From NCBI GenBank assembly GCA_965204755.1, contig OZ242011.1, forward strand, positions 1,490,266 through 1,554,265: a DNA stretch of 64,000 nt, given 5' to 3'. Under the pieces are notes generated by a model, which was not told the DNA's origin, searched no databases, and worked only from the letters and a program-made list of their open reading frames with translations. Below, in pieces: positions 36,907-46,046 of this stretch. A program made the translations under genes and the position numbers. Source of the stretch: Candidatus Marinacidobacterium sp. Lineage in GTDB: Bacteria; Acidobacteriota; Vicinamibacteria; Marinacidobacterales; Marinacidobacteraceae. Each line of letters starts with the position of its first letter. Position 1 is the stretch's first letter.

Positions 36907-39213
36907 GTGACGACACTCCGGTGCCGCAGAGGCGGGAAGGCTCTCGCATCCGCGGGGCGGAGCCGTCGGCGGTTTGCGTTCTTCGCCGGCGCCCTCCCGG
37001 TCGTTCTCGCGGCCATCCTGCTGTTCCGGCCGGGTTTCGGCGCGCCGCCGGGCCCGGACGCCGTCCCCCCGATCGCCTGGGCGGAACTCGAGACCCCGCC
37101 GGCCGACTTGGCGGCGGTCCACCGGGCGAGCCGGATCGAGAACGCGGGGGCGCGGCGAACGGCGCTCCAAGCGATCGCCGACGACGAGGCGCTCGCCGCC
37201 CGGACCCGGGCCGCCGCATCGTTCCGTCTCGGCCGCGACGCCCTCCGTCGGGGGCGCTGGACGGAGGCCGCCGAGCGGCTGGGCGCGCCGGAACTCGCCC
37301 GGAGCGAACTCGCCGCCGACGCCATGCACCTCCTCGCGGCCAACCTGCCCGGGGCGAAGCGCGACGAAGCCATCGCCCGCCTCGAGACGCTGCTCGCGGA
37401 GCATCCGGACTACCGCAAGACGCCCGCGGTCCGGCTGCTGCTCGGTCAGCGGCTCGCCGCGGCCGGCCGCCGGGAGGACGCCCTGCCCCACTTCGCGGCG
37501 GCGGCGGAGGGCGGGGCCGACCTCCGGGGGGACGCGCTCGCCGCGCAGGCGGCGGCGCTCGAGCGGCTGGGCCGGTTCGAGGACGCGGTCCGCGCGCTGG
37601 AGACCCTCTACTACGACCTGCCGACCCATGCGGAGTCGCTGAATGCCGGACGCCGCCTGACCCGGCTCTACCGCGGTCCGAACGCGGCGTCTCCCCCGCC
37701 GGAGGAGCGGTACCCGCGGGCGATGGCCCGCGCCGCCGGGTTCGCCTCGGCCGGGAACCACCGCCGGGCCCACGAGAACTACCGGGAGATCGCCCGCCGC
37801 TTCTCTTCGGTGGCGGACACGGAACTGGTCCGCCTCCGGATCGGGATCTCGGAGTTCCATCGGGGCCGGCTCAGCGCCTCCCTCCGGACGCTCGCCCGGA
37901 TCACCCGGGAGGACCTGCGTCCGGCGGCGCTCTACTACCGGGGCGAGTCCCTCCGGCGCTTGGAGCGGCTGACCACGCAGAGCCGGATCCTCGAGGAACT
38001 GCTGGAACTCGAGACCGAGCACCCCTACGGGGCGCGGGCCCTCTACAGTCTGGCCCGCGCCCGGCTGGCGGAGAACGACCGGGAGGCCGCGGTTCCCTAC
38101 CTCCGGCGGCTGGCCGCCGGCTACCCGCATTCCGGTCACGCGGTGTTCGCGGTCTGGCACGACCTGTGGGACCTCTACCGGAACGGGGACTTCGAGCGGA
38201 CCGCGCCGGCCTTCGAGCGGGCCGCCCGCGAGCACCCCGGGGACTTCCGCGCCGGGCAGTTCCTGTACTTTTCCGGGCGGGCGGGGGAACGGCTCGACCG
38301 GGGCCGCGAGGCCGCCGAGCGCTATCGCGAGGTGGTCCTCGGCTACCGGAACTCGTTCTACGGGCGGCGGGCGGCGGACCGGCTCGCGGCGTCCTCGCTG
38401 GCCGAGCCGACCGTGGAGAACCCGATCACGGAGCGGGGGCTGCTCCTCGACCGGTTCCGCGTCCGCCGAACCCGGGAAGCCGCCCTCGTGGCGGAACTCC
38501 ACGCCGCCGGGGCCTCGGACCGGGCCCGCGAAGCGGCAGCGGCCGCGGCGGGCGCCGGAGAACCGGACGACGCGGCGTTCGGGGCGATGGAGGCGTGGCT
38601 GCTGGCGCGCGAGGGGAAGAATGTGCCCTCGATCCAGGCGATGCGCCGGGCGGCGCCGTTCTTCACCTCGGCCGCCGGCGACCTGCTCCCGGACGAGTAT
38701 TGGCGGCTGCTCTACCCGCTCCGCTACATCGAAGGCGTGAAGGAGCAGTCGGCGCGCCGGAACCTGGATCCGTTCCTGGTGGCCGGGCTCATCCGGCAGG
38801 AGTCGGCCTTCGCGCCGCGGACCCGGTCCCCGGTGGGCGCCCGCGGTCTCATGCAGATCATGCCCGGCACCGGGCGCGCGCTGGCCCGGGTCGAGGGGCT
38901 GCGCTGGCGGCTCTCCGGGCTCTACGACCCCGGAGTGAACATCCGGTTCGGCACCCGCTACCTGCGGCAGTTGCTGGACGAATTCGGCGGGCGGCGGGAC
39001 TACGCGCTCGCCGGCTACAACGCCGGGCCGCACCGGGTGCGCAATTGGACCGGGATGGACCTGGAGATCGCCTCCGAGCGGTTCATCGAGGAGATCCCCT
39101 TCACCGAGACCCGGAACTATGTGAAGTTGATCCTGCGGAACGAGATGCTCTACCGGCGCCTCTACCCGGAACTGGCGGACCCTCCGGCCGAGGCGGCGCC
39201 CGACCGCGGATGA
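36907..39213 (+). CDS. Soluble lytic murein transglycosylase (Slt family) with superhelical TPR-like N-domain
   Basis: The C-terminal SLT catalytic domain has ES…GLMQIMPGT…AGYNAGP motifs. 768 aa, GTG start, N-terminal hydrophobic segment. Confidence 0.85.
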   Translation: MTTLRCRRGGKALASAGRSRRRFAFFAGALPVVLAAILLFRPGFGAPPGPDAVPPIAWAELETPPADLAAVHRASRIENAGARRTALQAIADDEALAARTRAAASFRLGRDALRRGRWTEAAERLGAPELARSELAADAMHLLAANLPGAKRDEAIARLETLLAEHPDYRKTPAVRLLLGQRLAAAGRREDALPHFAAAAEGGADLRGDALAAQAAALERLGRFEDAVRALETLYYDLPTHAESLNAGRRLTRLYRGPNAASPPPEERYPRAMARAAGFASAGNHRRAHENYREIARRFSSVADTELVRLRIGISEFHRGRLSASLRTLARITREDLRPAALYYRGESLRRLERLTTQSRILEELLELETEHPYGARALYSLARARLAENDREAAVPYLRRLAAGYPHSGHAVFAVWHDLWDLYRNGDFERTAPAFERAAREHPGDFRAGQFLYFSGRAGERLDRGREAAERYREVVLGYRNSFYGRRAADRLAASSLAEPTVENPITERGLLLDRFRVRRTREAALVAELHAAGASDRAREAAAAAAGAGEPDDAAFGAMEAWLLAREGKNVPSIQAMRRAAPFFTSAAGDLLPDEYWRLLYPLRYIEGVKEQSARRNLDPFLVAGLIRQESAFAPRTRSPVGARGLMQIMPGTGRALARVEGLRWRLSGLYDPGVNIRFGTRYLRQLLDEFGGRRDYALAGYNAGPHRVRNWTGMDLEIASERFIEEIPFTETRNYVKLILRNEMLYRRLYPELADPPAEAAPDRG

Positions 39214-41552
39214 AGGCGCCTGGAGAGGCGAAGGAGGCAGGCGCGGCAGGGGCCCACGGCGGCGCGGCGGGCGCGGGGCGGCCGCCCGGGCCGGGCGCCG
39301 GCCGCGCGGCGGGGATCCTGGCGGCGGCGCTCGCGGCGGCGGGAATCGCCGCGGCGCCCGGGATCGCCGCGGAGGAGCGGCCCGCCGGGAGCGGCGGGGC
39401 CGAGGGCGGGCGACCGGCCCGGGGTGAGCGGCCCGCCGAAGGCGGCGGACCGAGCGAAGGCCGCCGGCGCGCCGGGATCGGCCGCCTCTTCGAGGGTCGG
39501 GCGGCGGCGACCACCGGTTCCTCGTCCCGCCTCGTCGAGCGCCCCGGCGCCGAGGAGCACGCCGCAGCCCGGCAACGGCTCGACGCCGGCGACTTCGCCG
39601 GGGCGGTCGAATCGGCCTTCGACGCGCTGCTCCGCTCCCGGGAGTTCGCGCCGGAGGATTGGGGCGGCGAAGCGCCGGAGGGGAACCTCGTGCTCGACGA
39701 CTTCGCCGGAGCGGCGGCCGCCGCCTACCGGGCAGCCCGCCAAGCCTACCGGGCGACGCTCGCTGCCGCCCTGGCCGGCGCGGGCGACTTCGCCGGGGCG
39801 GAGGCCGAATATCGCCGGCTGATCGCGCTCGACCCCCGGTCGGAACACCTCGCGAGACTCGCGGACCTCCCCGGCGTCGCGCCGGAGGAGCGGGTCCGGC
39901 TGCTCCTCCGCGCCTGGGCCGCTGCGCCGGCGGCGGAGCGCGGGGCGGCCCTCGAACGCCTCCGGGAGAGCGGCGCCTTCCGCACCGCGAACGGACTCGC
40001 CGCCGCCCTCGACCGGTTCCGCTTCGACGATCCGGACGCCTTCCGCGGCCGCCCGCCGGAAGGGCTGGAGTTGAGATCGACCCCGTTCCCGCCGCTGACG
40101 ATCGCGGTCGAAGGGGGCGCGTACTCCACCGGGAGGTCCTTCGGCGAAGGCCGCTCGCTGCTCCTCTACTTCCCCGGACGCGGCTGTCCCCGCTGCGGGG
40201 AGTTGATCGGCGACCTCCAGGTCGTTCTCCGGGAACGCCGGGTGGATGTGGTCTTCGCCGCGCAGGACGCGGAACTGCCGCTGCTCCGCCGGGCGGCCGA
40301 ACTCACCGGCGCGGGCCTCTTCCAGCCGGAGCCGCACACCGCCGCCGGCCGTTCGGCGCTCACGCCGCGTCCGGTCGCCCATGTGGCCCGGCGGGCGGCG
40401 CTCGACTTCCGACCGGGCCGCGATGCGGAGGAAACCCTCTGGCTCGCCGCCCGGGGCGGGCTGAGTGTCCTTCGCGCCCGGCTCGGCGACGGGGATTCGC
40501 CGCGGCGGCTGGTGGCCGCCCTGTTCGACTTCCTCGACGATTCGCCGGTCGCCGGCCGCCCGGAACCGCTTTCCTCGGCGCCCGCGGACTCCGACTCCCC
40601 CGAGTCGCTGATCGAGGCGCTCCGCCGGCTCGAGGCCGGCGGGGAGCCGCTCGCCGACCTCGAACGGGCGCTCCTCGGGAGCGTGCGGAGCCGGGTGCGG
40701 CAGGAAGCGGAACCGGCGGAATTCGCGCGCCGGTTGCTGGCGTCCGCCGCCGGGCTTCGCGGGAGTACCGGAACCAAATTGCGCCTCCTCGGGGCGATGG
40801 CCCCCGAGTTCGGGACGCGGTCGCTGGAAGCCGCGCAGGCCCGCGACGCGCTGGTGATCGGGCCGGCCTCCGGCGGCAGGGTCGCCGTCGCCGTCGGAAG
40901 CGGGGCGGGCGAGGGTTGGACGGCGGCGCTGCGCGAGTACGAGAGGTACGGCGGCGGCCGGCGGGTCCTCGCGGTGACGACCCGGGAGGTCCCGGGCGGC
41001 GGCCCGGGAATCGTTCGGGCCCTCGACCTGTTCGCCGGGCGGGTCGGGAGGGCGGCGGCGCGGGAGGACGGATTCGCGTTCTCCTGGCGCGAAGGCCCCG
41101 ACCGGACGAGTTGCGCGGCCTGGGGGCCGCCGACCGGCCCGCTGGAGCGGCTCTGCCCGGCCCAAATCGGCCCCGCAGGCGAAATCCTCGTCCGAACGCC
41201 GCAACTGGTCGCCTTCCCCGGCGAGAGCGATCCGCCGGCGGGCGGGCCGGAGACGCTCCTGCGGGCCGACGGCGGCGCAGACGCGCCGGAAGCGGCGCTT
41301 CTCGGCGCCGGCCGGGAGGCGGCCGCCGCCGGGGATCTCGCCGCCGCCGAGACCGCGTTCCGGGGGGCGCTCGAAGCTATCGGGCCGGGTTCCCCGGTGG
41401 ATGCGGCGGCGGTCCGCTACGACCTGGCCGTCGTCCGGGCCGCCCGCGGGGAGCGGGACGAAGCGCTCGCGAGGTTGCTCGCGCTCGGGGACGCTTCCTT
41501 CCCGGCGACGCTCGAACAGGCCGTCGCCCGGCTCTACCGGGAAGGCCGGTAG
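39210..41552 (+). CDS. Hypothetical secreted Ala/Arg/Gly-rich protein with a CxxC (GRGCPRCG) motif
   Basis: The ATG at 39210 overlaps the slt stop (ATGA). It has an N-terminal signal-like AAGILAAALAAAGIAAAPG. Composition is low-complexity but the frame is consistent and there is no competing gene. Confidence 0.5.
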   Translation: MKAPGEAKEAGAAGAHGGAAGAGRPPGPGAGRAAGILAAALAAAGIAAAPGIAAEERPAGSGGAEGGRPARGERPAEGGGPSEGRRRAGIGRLFEGRAAATTGSSSRLVERPGAEEHAAARQRLDAGDFAGAVESAFDALLRSREFAPEDWGGEAPEGNLVLDDFAGAAAAAYRAARQAYRATLAAALAGAGDFAGAEAEYRRLIALDPRSEHLARLADLPGVAPEERVRLLLRAWAAAPAAERGAALERLRESGAFRTANGLAAALDRFRFDDPDAFRGRPPEGLELRSTPFPPLTIAVEGGAYSTGRSFGEGRSLLLYFPGRGCPRCGELIGDLQVVLRERRVDVVFAAQDAELPLLRRAAELTGAGLFQPEPHTAAGRSALTPRPVAHVARRAALDFRPGRDAEETLWLAARGGLSVLRARLGDGDSPRRLVAALFDFLDDSPVAGRPEPLSSAPADSDSPESLIEALRRLEAGGEPLADLERALLGSVRSRVRQEAEPAEFARRLLASAAGLRGSTGTKLRLLGAMAPEFGTRSLEAAQARDALVIGPASGGRVAVAVGSGAGEGWTAALREYERYGGGRRVLAVTTREVPGGGPGIVRALDLFAGRVGRAAAREDGFAFSWREGPDRTSCAAWGPPTGPLERLCPAQIGPAGEILVRTPQLVAFPGESDPPAGGPETLLRADGGADAPEAALLGAGREAAAAGDLAAAETAFRGALEAIGPGSPVDAAAVRYDLAVVRAARGERDEALARLLALGDASFPATLEQAVARLYREGR

Positions 41553-41594
41553 GGAAAGCCCGGCCCGCGCCCCCTCGGCCAGGGGGCGGCGACC

Positions 41595-42686
41595 TCAGTC
41601 GGGCGCGGCGAAGACGGCGCGGAGGGCGGCGGCCGCCGGGCGGACGGTCTCCGGGGTCGCCCAGCCCAAGTGGCCGATGCGGAGGACTTTCCCCGCGAGG
41701 CGCCCGAGGCCGCCGGCGAGCGTGACGCCGTGTTCCTCCCGGAGGCGCGCCGCCGCCGCCGGCCAGTCCGTTTCCGGGGGCAGGTAGGCGGCGGTGACCG
41801 TCGGGGACGCCCACTCCTCGGGGGCGACCGCCTCCAGGCCGGCGCCGGCGATGGCCCGGCGGGCCTCCGCCGCCGCGGCCCGGTGCCGGCGGAAGACGGC
41901 TTCCCGGCCCTCTTCGAGCAGGAGCGCGGCGCCGGCTTCGAGCGCGTGGAACACCGGGAGCGCCGGGGTGAACGGCAGGGTGCCCCGGTTGCGGGCTTCG
42001 CGGTAGCGGGCGAAGTCGAAGTAGAAGCGCGGGAGCCGCGCTTCGGCCTCCCGGGCCTCGGCGCGGGGGGAGGTCCAGACCATCGCCGCCCCGGGAGGAA
42101 GCCCCCAAGCCTTCTGCGACGCCGTGAACACCACATCGAAGTCGTCCACCGCGAGCGGCGCGGCGCCGAGGCTCGACACCGCGTCCACGAGCGCCAGCGC
42201 CCCGCTGAATTCGCGGACGACCCGGAGGAGGGCGTCCACCGGGTGCAGGACGCCGGTGGAGGTCTCGGAGTGCGTGAGCAGCACCGCCTTCGTCCCGGGT
42301 TCCGCGCGGAGCGCCCGGCGCAGGGCCTCCGGGTCCGCCGGACGGCCCCACTCCGTCTCCAGCGACCGGCACTCCAGGCCGAAGGCCCGCGCCACGCCCA
42401 GGAACCGCTCGGCGAACTGGCCTCCCCCGAGACCGAGGACCCGGTCCCCGGGAGAGAGGTGGTTGGCGAGCGACGCCTCCATCGCCCCGGTGCCGGAAGC
42501 GGTCAGCAGCAGCGGCGGGCGCGCGGTTCCGAGGTACTGCCGCAGCGACTCGGAGATCCGCTCGAGCAACGCCCGCATCTCCGGCCCCCGGTAGTTCATC
42601 GCCGGGCGGGTCATCGCCCGTTCCACCGCCGGGTGGACCGGGGTGGGCCCGGGAACGAGGAGCGCCGGCGGGTCTCCCCGGCTCAC
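41595..42686 (-). CDS. Class V aminotransferase (serine-pyruvate/alanine-glyoxylate aminotransferase-like)
   Basis: 363 aa; …LLTASGTGAMEA… and PLP-lysine region FDVVFTASQKAWGLPPG. Confidence 0.85.
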   Translation of the reverse strand: MSRGDPPALLVPGPTPVHPAVERAMTRPAMNYRGPEMRALLERISESLRQYLGTARPPLLLTASGTGAMEASLANHLSPGDRVLGLGGGQFAERFLGVARAFGLECRSLETEWGRPADPEALRRALRAEPGTKAVLLTHSETSTGVLHPVDALLRVVREFSGALALVDAVSSLGAAPLAVDDFDVVFTASQKAWGLPPGAAMVWTSPRAEAREAEARLPRFYFDFARYREARNRGTLPFTPALPVFHALEAGAALLLEEGREAVFRRHRAAAAEARRAIAGAGLEAVAPEEWASPTVTAAYLPPETDWPAAAARLREEHGVTLAGGLGRLAGKVLRIGHLGWATPETVRPAAAALRAVFAAPD

Positions 42687-44239
42687 ATCGTCAGGATCGC
42701 GGCGAAGAGGACCACCGAGCGGAAGAAGTGGCCGAGGCGCAGGTTCTCGTTCGGGCTGTGCTGGTTGTTGTCGTGGTTCACCGTCGGGATCATGAGCGCC
42801 GGAACGCCGAGCGCCTCCACGAAGGGCGCGATGGGAACGGTGCCGCCGCTGGTGCGCTTCCGCACCGGCGCTTCGCCGGCGGCCTCCGCGAGGGCCTCGA
42901 CCGGACGCGCGGCGACCGGGTGGTCGAGCGGGGTGCGGAAGGCGTTGGTCCCGGCCCGCCGGGTCAGGCGGACCAGCCGCGGGTGCTGCCGCCGGTCGTC
43001 TTCCGAGGGTTCCCGGTCGAGGACGACATAGCCGGCGGACTCGATGAAGCCCCGGACCAGGTCGAACATCCGGTCGGCGGGGGTCTCGGCCACCAGCCGG
43101 ACATCCAGCGCCGCGGTGGCGGTCGCCGGAACGATCGTCCGCGCCTCGGCCCCCACCCAGGCGCTTTCCAGCCCGCGCACATTGAGCGACGGGAACTGGA
43201 TCGCTTCCTGGAGCGACTCTCCCACCCGGTCGGCCTCGGCGAAGCCGAGGGCGCGGCGGAGCGCCGGGAGGTCGTCCGGGACGGCCTCGAGCGCCGCCCG
43301 CTCCTCCGGGGTGAACTCGATCCCGTCGTAGAAGCCGGGGATGAGGACGCGCCCGTCCGGGCCCTTCATCGAGGCCAGGAGTTGCGCCAACCGGACCGCC
43401 GGGTTCGGCGCCCAGTTCCCGTAATGGCCGCTGTGGAGCGGGACGCGCGGGCCGTACACGATGAGTTCGAGCGGCAGGATGCCCCGGGCGCCGAAACTGA
43501 CCGTGGGGCGGCCGCTCTGGTGGAGCGGGCCGTCGAGGATCAGCATCGCGTCGGCGGCGAACCGGCCGCGGTAGCGGTCGATGGCCGGGACCAGGTTCGG
43601 CGACCCGGCCTCTTCCTCGCCGTCGAGGACGACCTTGAGATGGCTGGAGACGCCGATACCGGCGGATTCCAGCGCGTCCAGCGCTCCCAGGAAGGCGATG
43701 ATCGGGGCGCTGTCGTCGGCGACCGATCGGGCGTAGATGCGGTCGTCCGGGGAGAACACCTCGCTCGCCTCGAGGTCGAGCCGTTCCGCCCCGTCTTCGA
43801 GGGCGCCGGAGCGCAGGATCGGCCGGAAGGGGTCCTCCTGCGCCCAGCGCGACGGGTCCACCGGCTGCCCGTCGTAGTGGAAATAGACGAGGAGCGTCCG
43901 CTCGGCGCCCGGCGCCGGCCGCTCCCCGAAGACCAGCGGGTTGCCGTCGGTCTCCAGCAGTTCGGCGGCGAAGCCCCGCCGGGCGAAGCCGTCGCGCAGC
44001 CGCTCCGCCTTTCGCCGGATGTTCTCCCGGTCCGCCGCCACCGAAGGGATGGAAACGACCTCGACCAGTTCGCGGACGAGTTCCGCCTGGCGGGCCTCGG
44101 TGAACGCTTCGACGGTCTCGCGGAGGTCCTGCGCGGCCGCGGCGGATGCGAAGGCGAGAAGCGCCGCGGCGACCGGGACAGGGAGGAGGGCCGGGAGCGC
44201 CGCCCGGCGGCGGTCGCGAGTCCCGGCCGGGGCGCTCAA
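42683..44239 (-). CDS. M20-family metallopeptidase (ArgE/DapE/CPG2-like dipeptidase), secreted
   Basis: The TTG start at 44239 gives a signal peptide (…ALLAFASAAAAQD). M20 metal-binding regions (…YFHYDGQPVD…, …DDSAPIIAF…, …GEEEAGS…) and a C-terminal HSPNE motif. The start overlaps the upstream gene's stop. Confidence 0.85.
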   Translation of the reverse strand: MSAPAGTRDRRRAALPALLPVPVAAALLAFASAAAAQDLRETVEAFTEARQAELVRELVEVVSIPSVAADRENIRRKAERLRDGFARRGFAAELLETDGNPLVFGERPAPGAERTLLVYFHYDGQPVDPSRWAQEDPFRPILRSGALEDGAERLDLEASEVFSPDDRIYARSVADDSAPIIAFLGALDALESAGIGVSSHLKVVLDGEEEAGSPNLVPAIDRYRGRFAADAMLILDGPLHQSGRPTVSFGARGILPLELIVYGPRVPLHSGHYGNWAPNPAVRLAQLLASMKGPDGRVLIPGFYDGIEFTPEERAALEAVPDDLPALRRALGFAEADRVGESLQEAIQFPSLNVRGLESAWVGAEARTIVPATATAALDVRLVAETPADRMFDLVRGFIESAGYVVLDREPSEDDRRQHPRLVRLTRRAGTNAFRTPLDHPVAARPVEALAEAAGEAPVRKRTSGGTVPIAPFVEALGVPALMIPTVNHDNNQHSPNENLRLGHFFRSVVLFAAILTM

Positions 44240-45324
44240 TTGGGGAGCCCGGGCCCCCGGTCCGTGATCTCGCTGTCCGGTGGGACGCCGAGGAGACTGC
44301 GGTCGAGGGAGAACTCGTAGATCGTGTTCGAGGTCGCCACCGCCAGGAGGCCCTTGTGGTCGAGCGCCACCCCGACCACCGGCGGCCCCGCGATGATCCG
44401 GCGGGCGCCGGCGGGGGAGAACAGGAACACGCCGGCGTCGCCGGCCAAGCCCTCGGCGACGAAGCAGCGGTCCCGTTCGTCGAAGGCGATCCCCTGCGGC
44501 CGACCGAAGCCGCAGTGCACCCGGCAGGGCTGGCCGCCCGGCCCGAATTCCACGATCTGGTCGCGGGAGGAGAGGGTCGGGCCGGCGACGAACAGGCCTC
44601 CTGCCGAGTTGAACGCCAGGTGGTACGCCGAAATCGAGGGGCGGAGATGCGAGAACACCTCGACCTGGCCGTCGGGGCCGTCCACCTGGTACAGCGTGCC
44701 GTCCCGGTCGCCGATCAGCAGCCGGCCGTCGGGGGCGAAGGTGATTCCGGTGGCGCAGCCGAGTTCCTCGGCGAACACCTGGAACGACTCCGAGTCGTCC
44801 ATCCGGTACACCCGGCCGTCCTCGCGCGACGAGACATAGAGCGTGTCGTCCGGGCCCCAGGCCAGGCCGGTGGGGTTGACGATGCCTTCGCCGAGCGGTT
44901 CCGGCTCCCGGCGGCGGCGGAGCCGGTAGATCGGGTTGGGGACGCGCTCCGAGCGGCGGCCGCTGAAGGTGGCGTAGAGGATGCCCCGCCGGTCGAAGAC
45001 CGGGTTCGCCACCATGTCGAGGTCCTCGGCGAAGGCGCGGCCGATCGCCACCGGGAAGGGGTCGGTTTCCCGGCCCCCCACGGCGACGCGGATCTCTTCC
45101 CCGGCCCCCGGGGGCACGCGAACCCCGATCCGGGTGGAGGAAACCCGGCACACATGGGCTTCCTGCTCGCCGAAGAACACGCGGAGCCGGGACGCTTGGT
45201 CCACGGCGAAACCGCGGCCGCCGATGTCCAGCCGGCCGCCCGGGATCGCATGACGCGGCCAGACCCGCTCCACCGCCAGCCGCCGCCGGGGCCGCCGCTC
45301 CGTATCGGTGGCGGCGGGAGGCAT
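44236..45324 (-). CDS. NHL-repeat/SMP-30-gluconolactonase-like beta-propeller protein
   Basis: 362 aa with repeated …GLAWGPDDTLYVSS…, …GITFAPDGRLLIGD…, …HLAFNSAGGLFVAG… blades. It is translationally coupled to the M20 gene. Confidence 0.75.
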   Translation of the reverse strand: MPPAATDTERRPRRRLAVERVWPRHAIPGGRLDIGGRGFAVDQASRLRVFFGEQEAHVCRVSSTRIGVRVPPGAGEEIRVAVGGRETDPFPVAIGRAFAEDLDMVANPVFDRRGILYATFSGRRSERVPNPIYRLRRRREPEPLGEGIVNPTGLAWGPDDTLYVSSREDGRVYRMDDSESFQVFAEELGCATGITFAPDGRLLIGDRDGTLYQVDGPDGQVEVFSHLRPSISAYHLAFNSAGGLFVAGPTLSSRDQIVEFGPGGQPCRVHCGFGRPQGIAFDERDRCFVAEGLAGDAGVFLFSPAGARRIIAGPPVVGVALDHKGLLAVATSNTIYEFSLDRSLLGVPPDSEITDRGPGLPN

Positions 45325-45554
45325 GGGCGAGTCGGGAGGTTAGCAGCCGGTCGGCGGGCGCCGAGGCGCCTTCGACGCGGAGCCGGGTGGCCGGGATTCC
45401 CCACTGATCCCCTACTTCGGCGAGCGGCTCGCGCTGTGGAAAACTCACCGGCTTCCCGAAGGGGCCACCGATCACCGAACCGAATGGGACCGCCGGCAGC
45501 GCCGACCGGGGAAGCGTCTCCGGCGGGCCGCCGACCGGGCCCGGGCGCCCGCCG

Positions 45555-46046
45555 ATCGCGGTCATCGGCGGCAGCAGCGCTTCCGACGCCGTCCTCGCGC
45601 TCGCCGAAGCCGTCGGGCGGGAGATCGCCGCGTCCGGGTCTCCGCTCGTCTGCGGGGGGCTGGGCGGGGTGATGGAGGCCGCCTGCCGGGGCGCGGAGGC
45701 CGCCGGGGGGCTCACCATCGGGTTGCTGCCGGGAAGCGACCCGCGCGCGGCGAACCCGCATGTCCGGGTTCCGCTTGCGACCGGTCTCGGCCACTTCCGC
45801 AACTTCCTGGTGGTTCACGCCGCCGCCGGGGTGGTCGCGTTGCCGGGCGCCGCCGGGACGCTCTCCGAAGCGGCGATGGCCCGGACGCTCGGCCGGCCGC
45901 TGGTGGCGCTGGGAGACGCCTCCGCGGCGTCCGTTCCCGGCGCCCGGCGGGCGGGTTCGGCGCGGGAGGCCGTCTCGCTGGCGCTGCGGCTCGTCGAGGA
46001 GGGTTCGACCGAGGTTCCGGCGGCGCGCGAGGACTTCGACCGATGA
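45555..46046 (+). CDS. TIGR00725/LOG-like Rossmann-fold protein (start unresolved)
   Basis: The conserved N-terminus PIAVIGGSSASDAVLALAEAVGREIAASGSPLVCGGLGGVMEAACRGA begins in frame 3 right after an in-frame TGA at 45405, with no ATG/GTG/TTG before the IAVIGG motif. An ATG at 45484 sits in frame 1. The TGA stop overlaps the mfd start. Confidence 0.7.
   Translation: MAVIGGSSASDAVLALAEAVGREIAASGSPLVCGGLGGVMEAACRGAEAAGGLTIGLLPGSDPRAANPHVRVPLATGLGHFRNFLVVHAAAGVVALPGAAGTLSEAAMARTLGRPLVALGDASAASVPGARRAGSAREAVSLALRLVEEGSTEVPAAREDFDR

Noticed and set aside
36846-41552. 1568-aa plus-strand ORF spanning slt and the downstream gene
   Set aside because: It reads through two real genes in an off frame. 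The product is extremely Arg/Pro/Gly-rich with no motifs, which is typical of a high-GC shadow ORF. The genuine genes are in other frames (36907..39213, 39210..41552).
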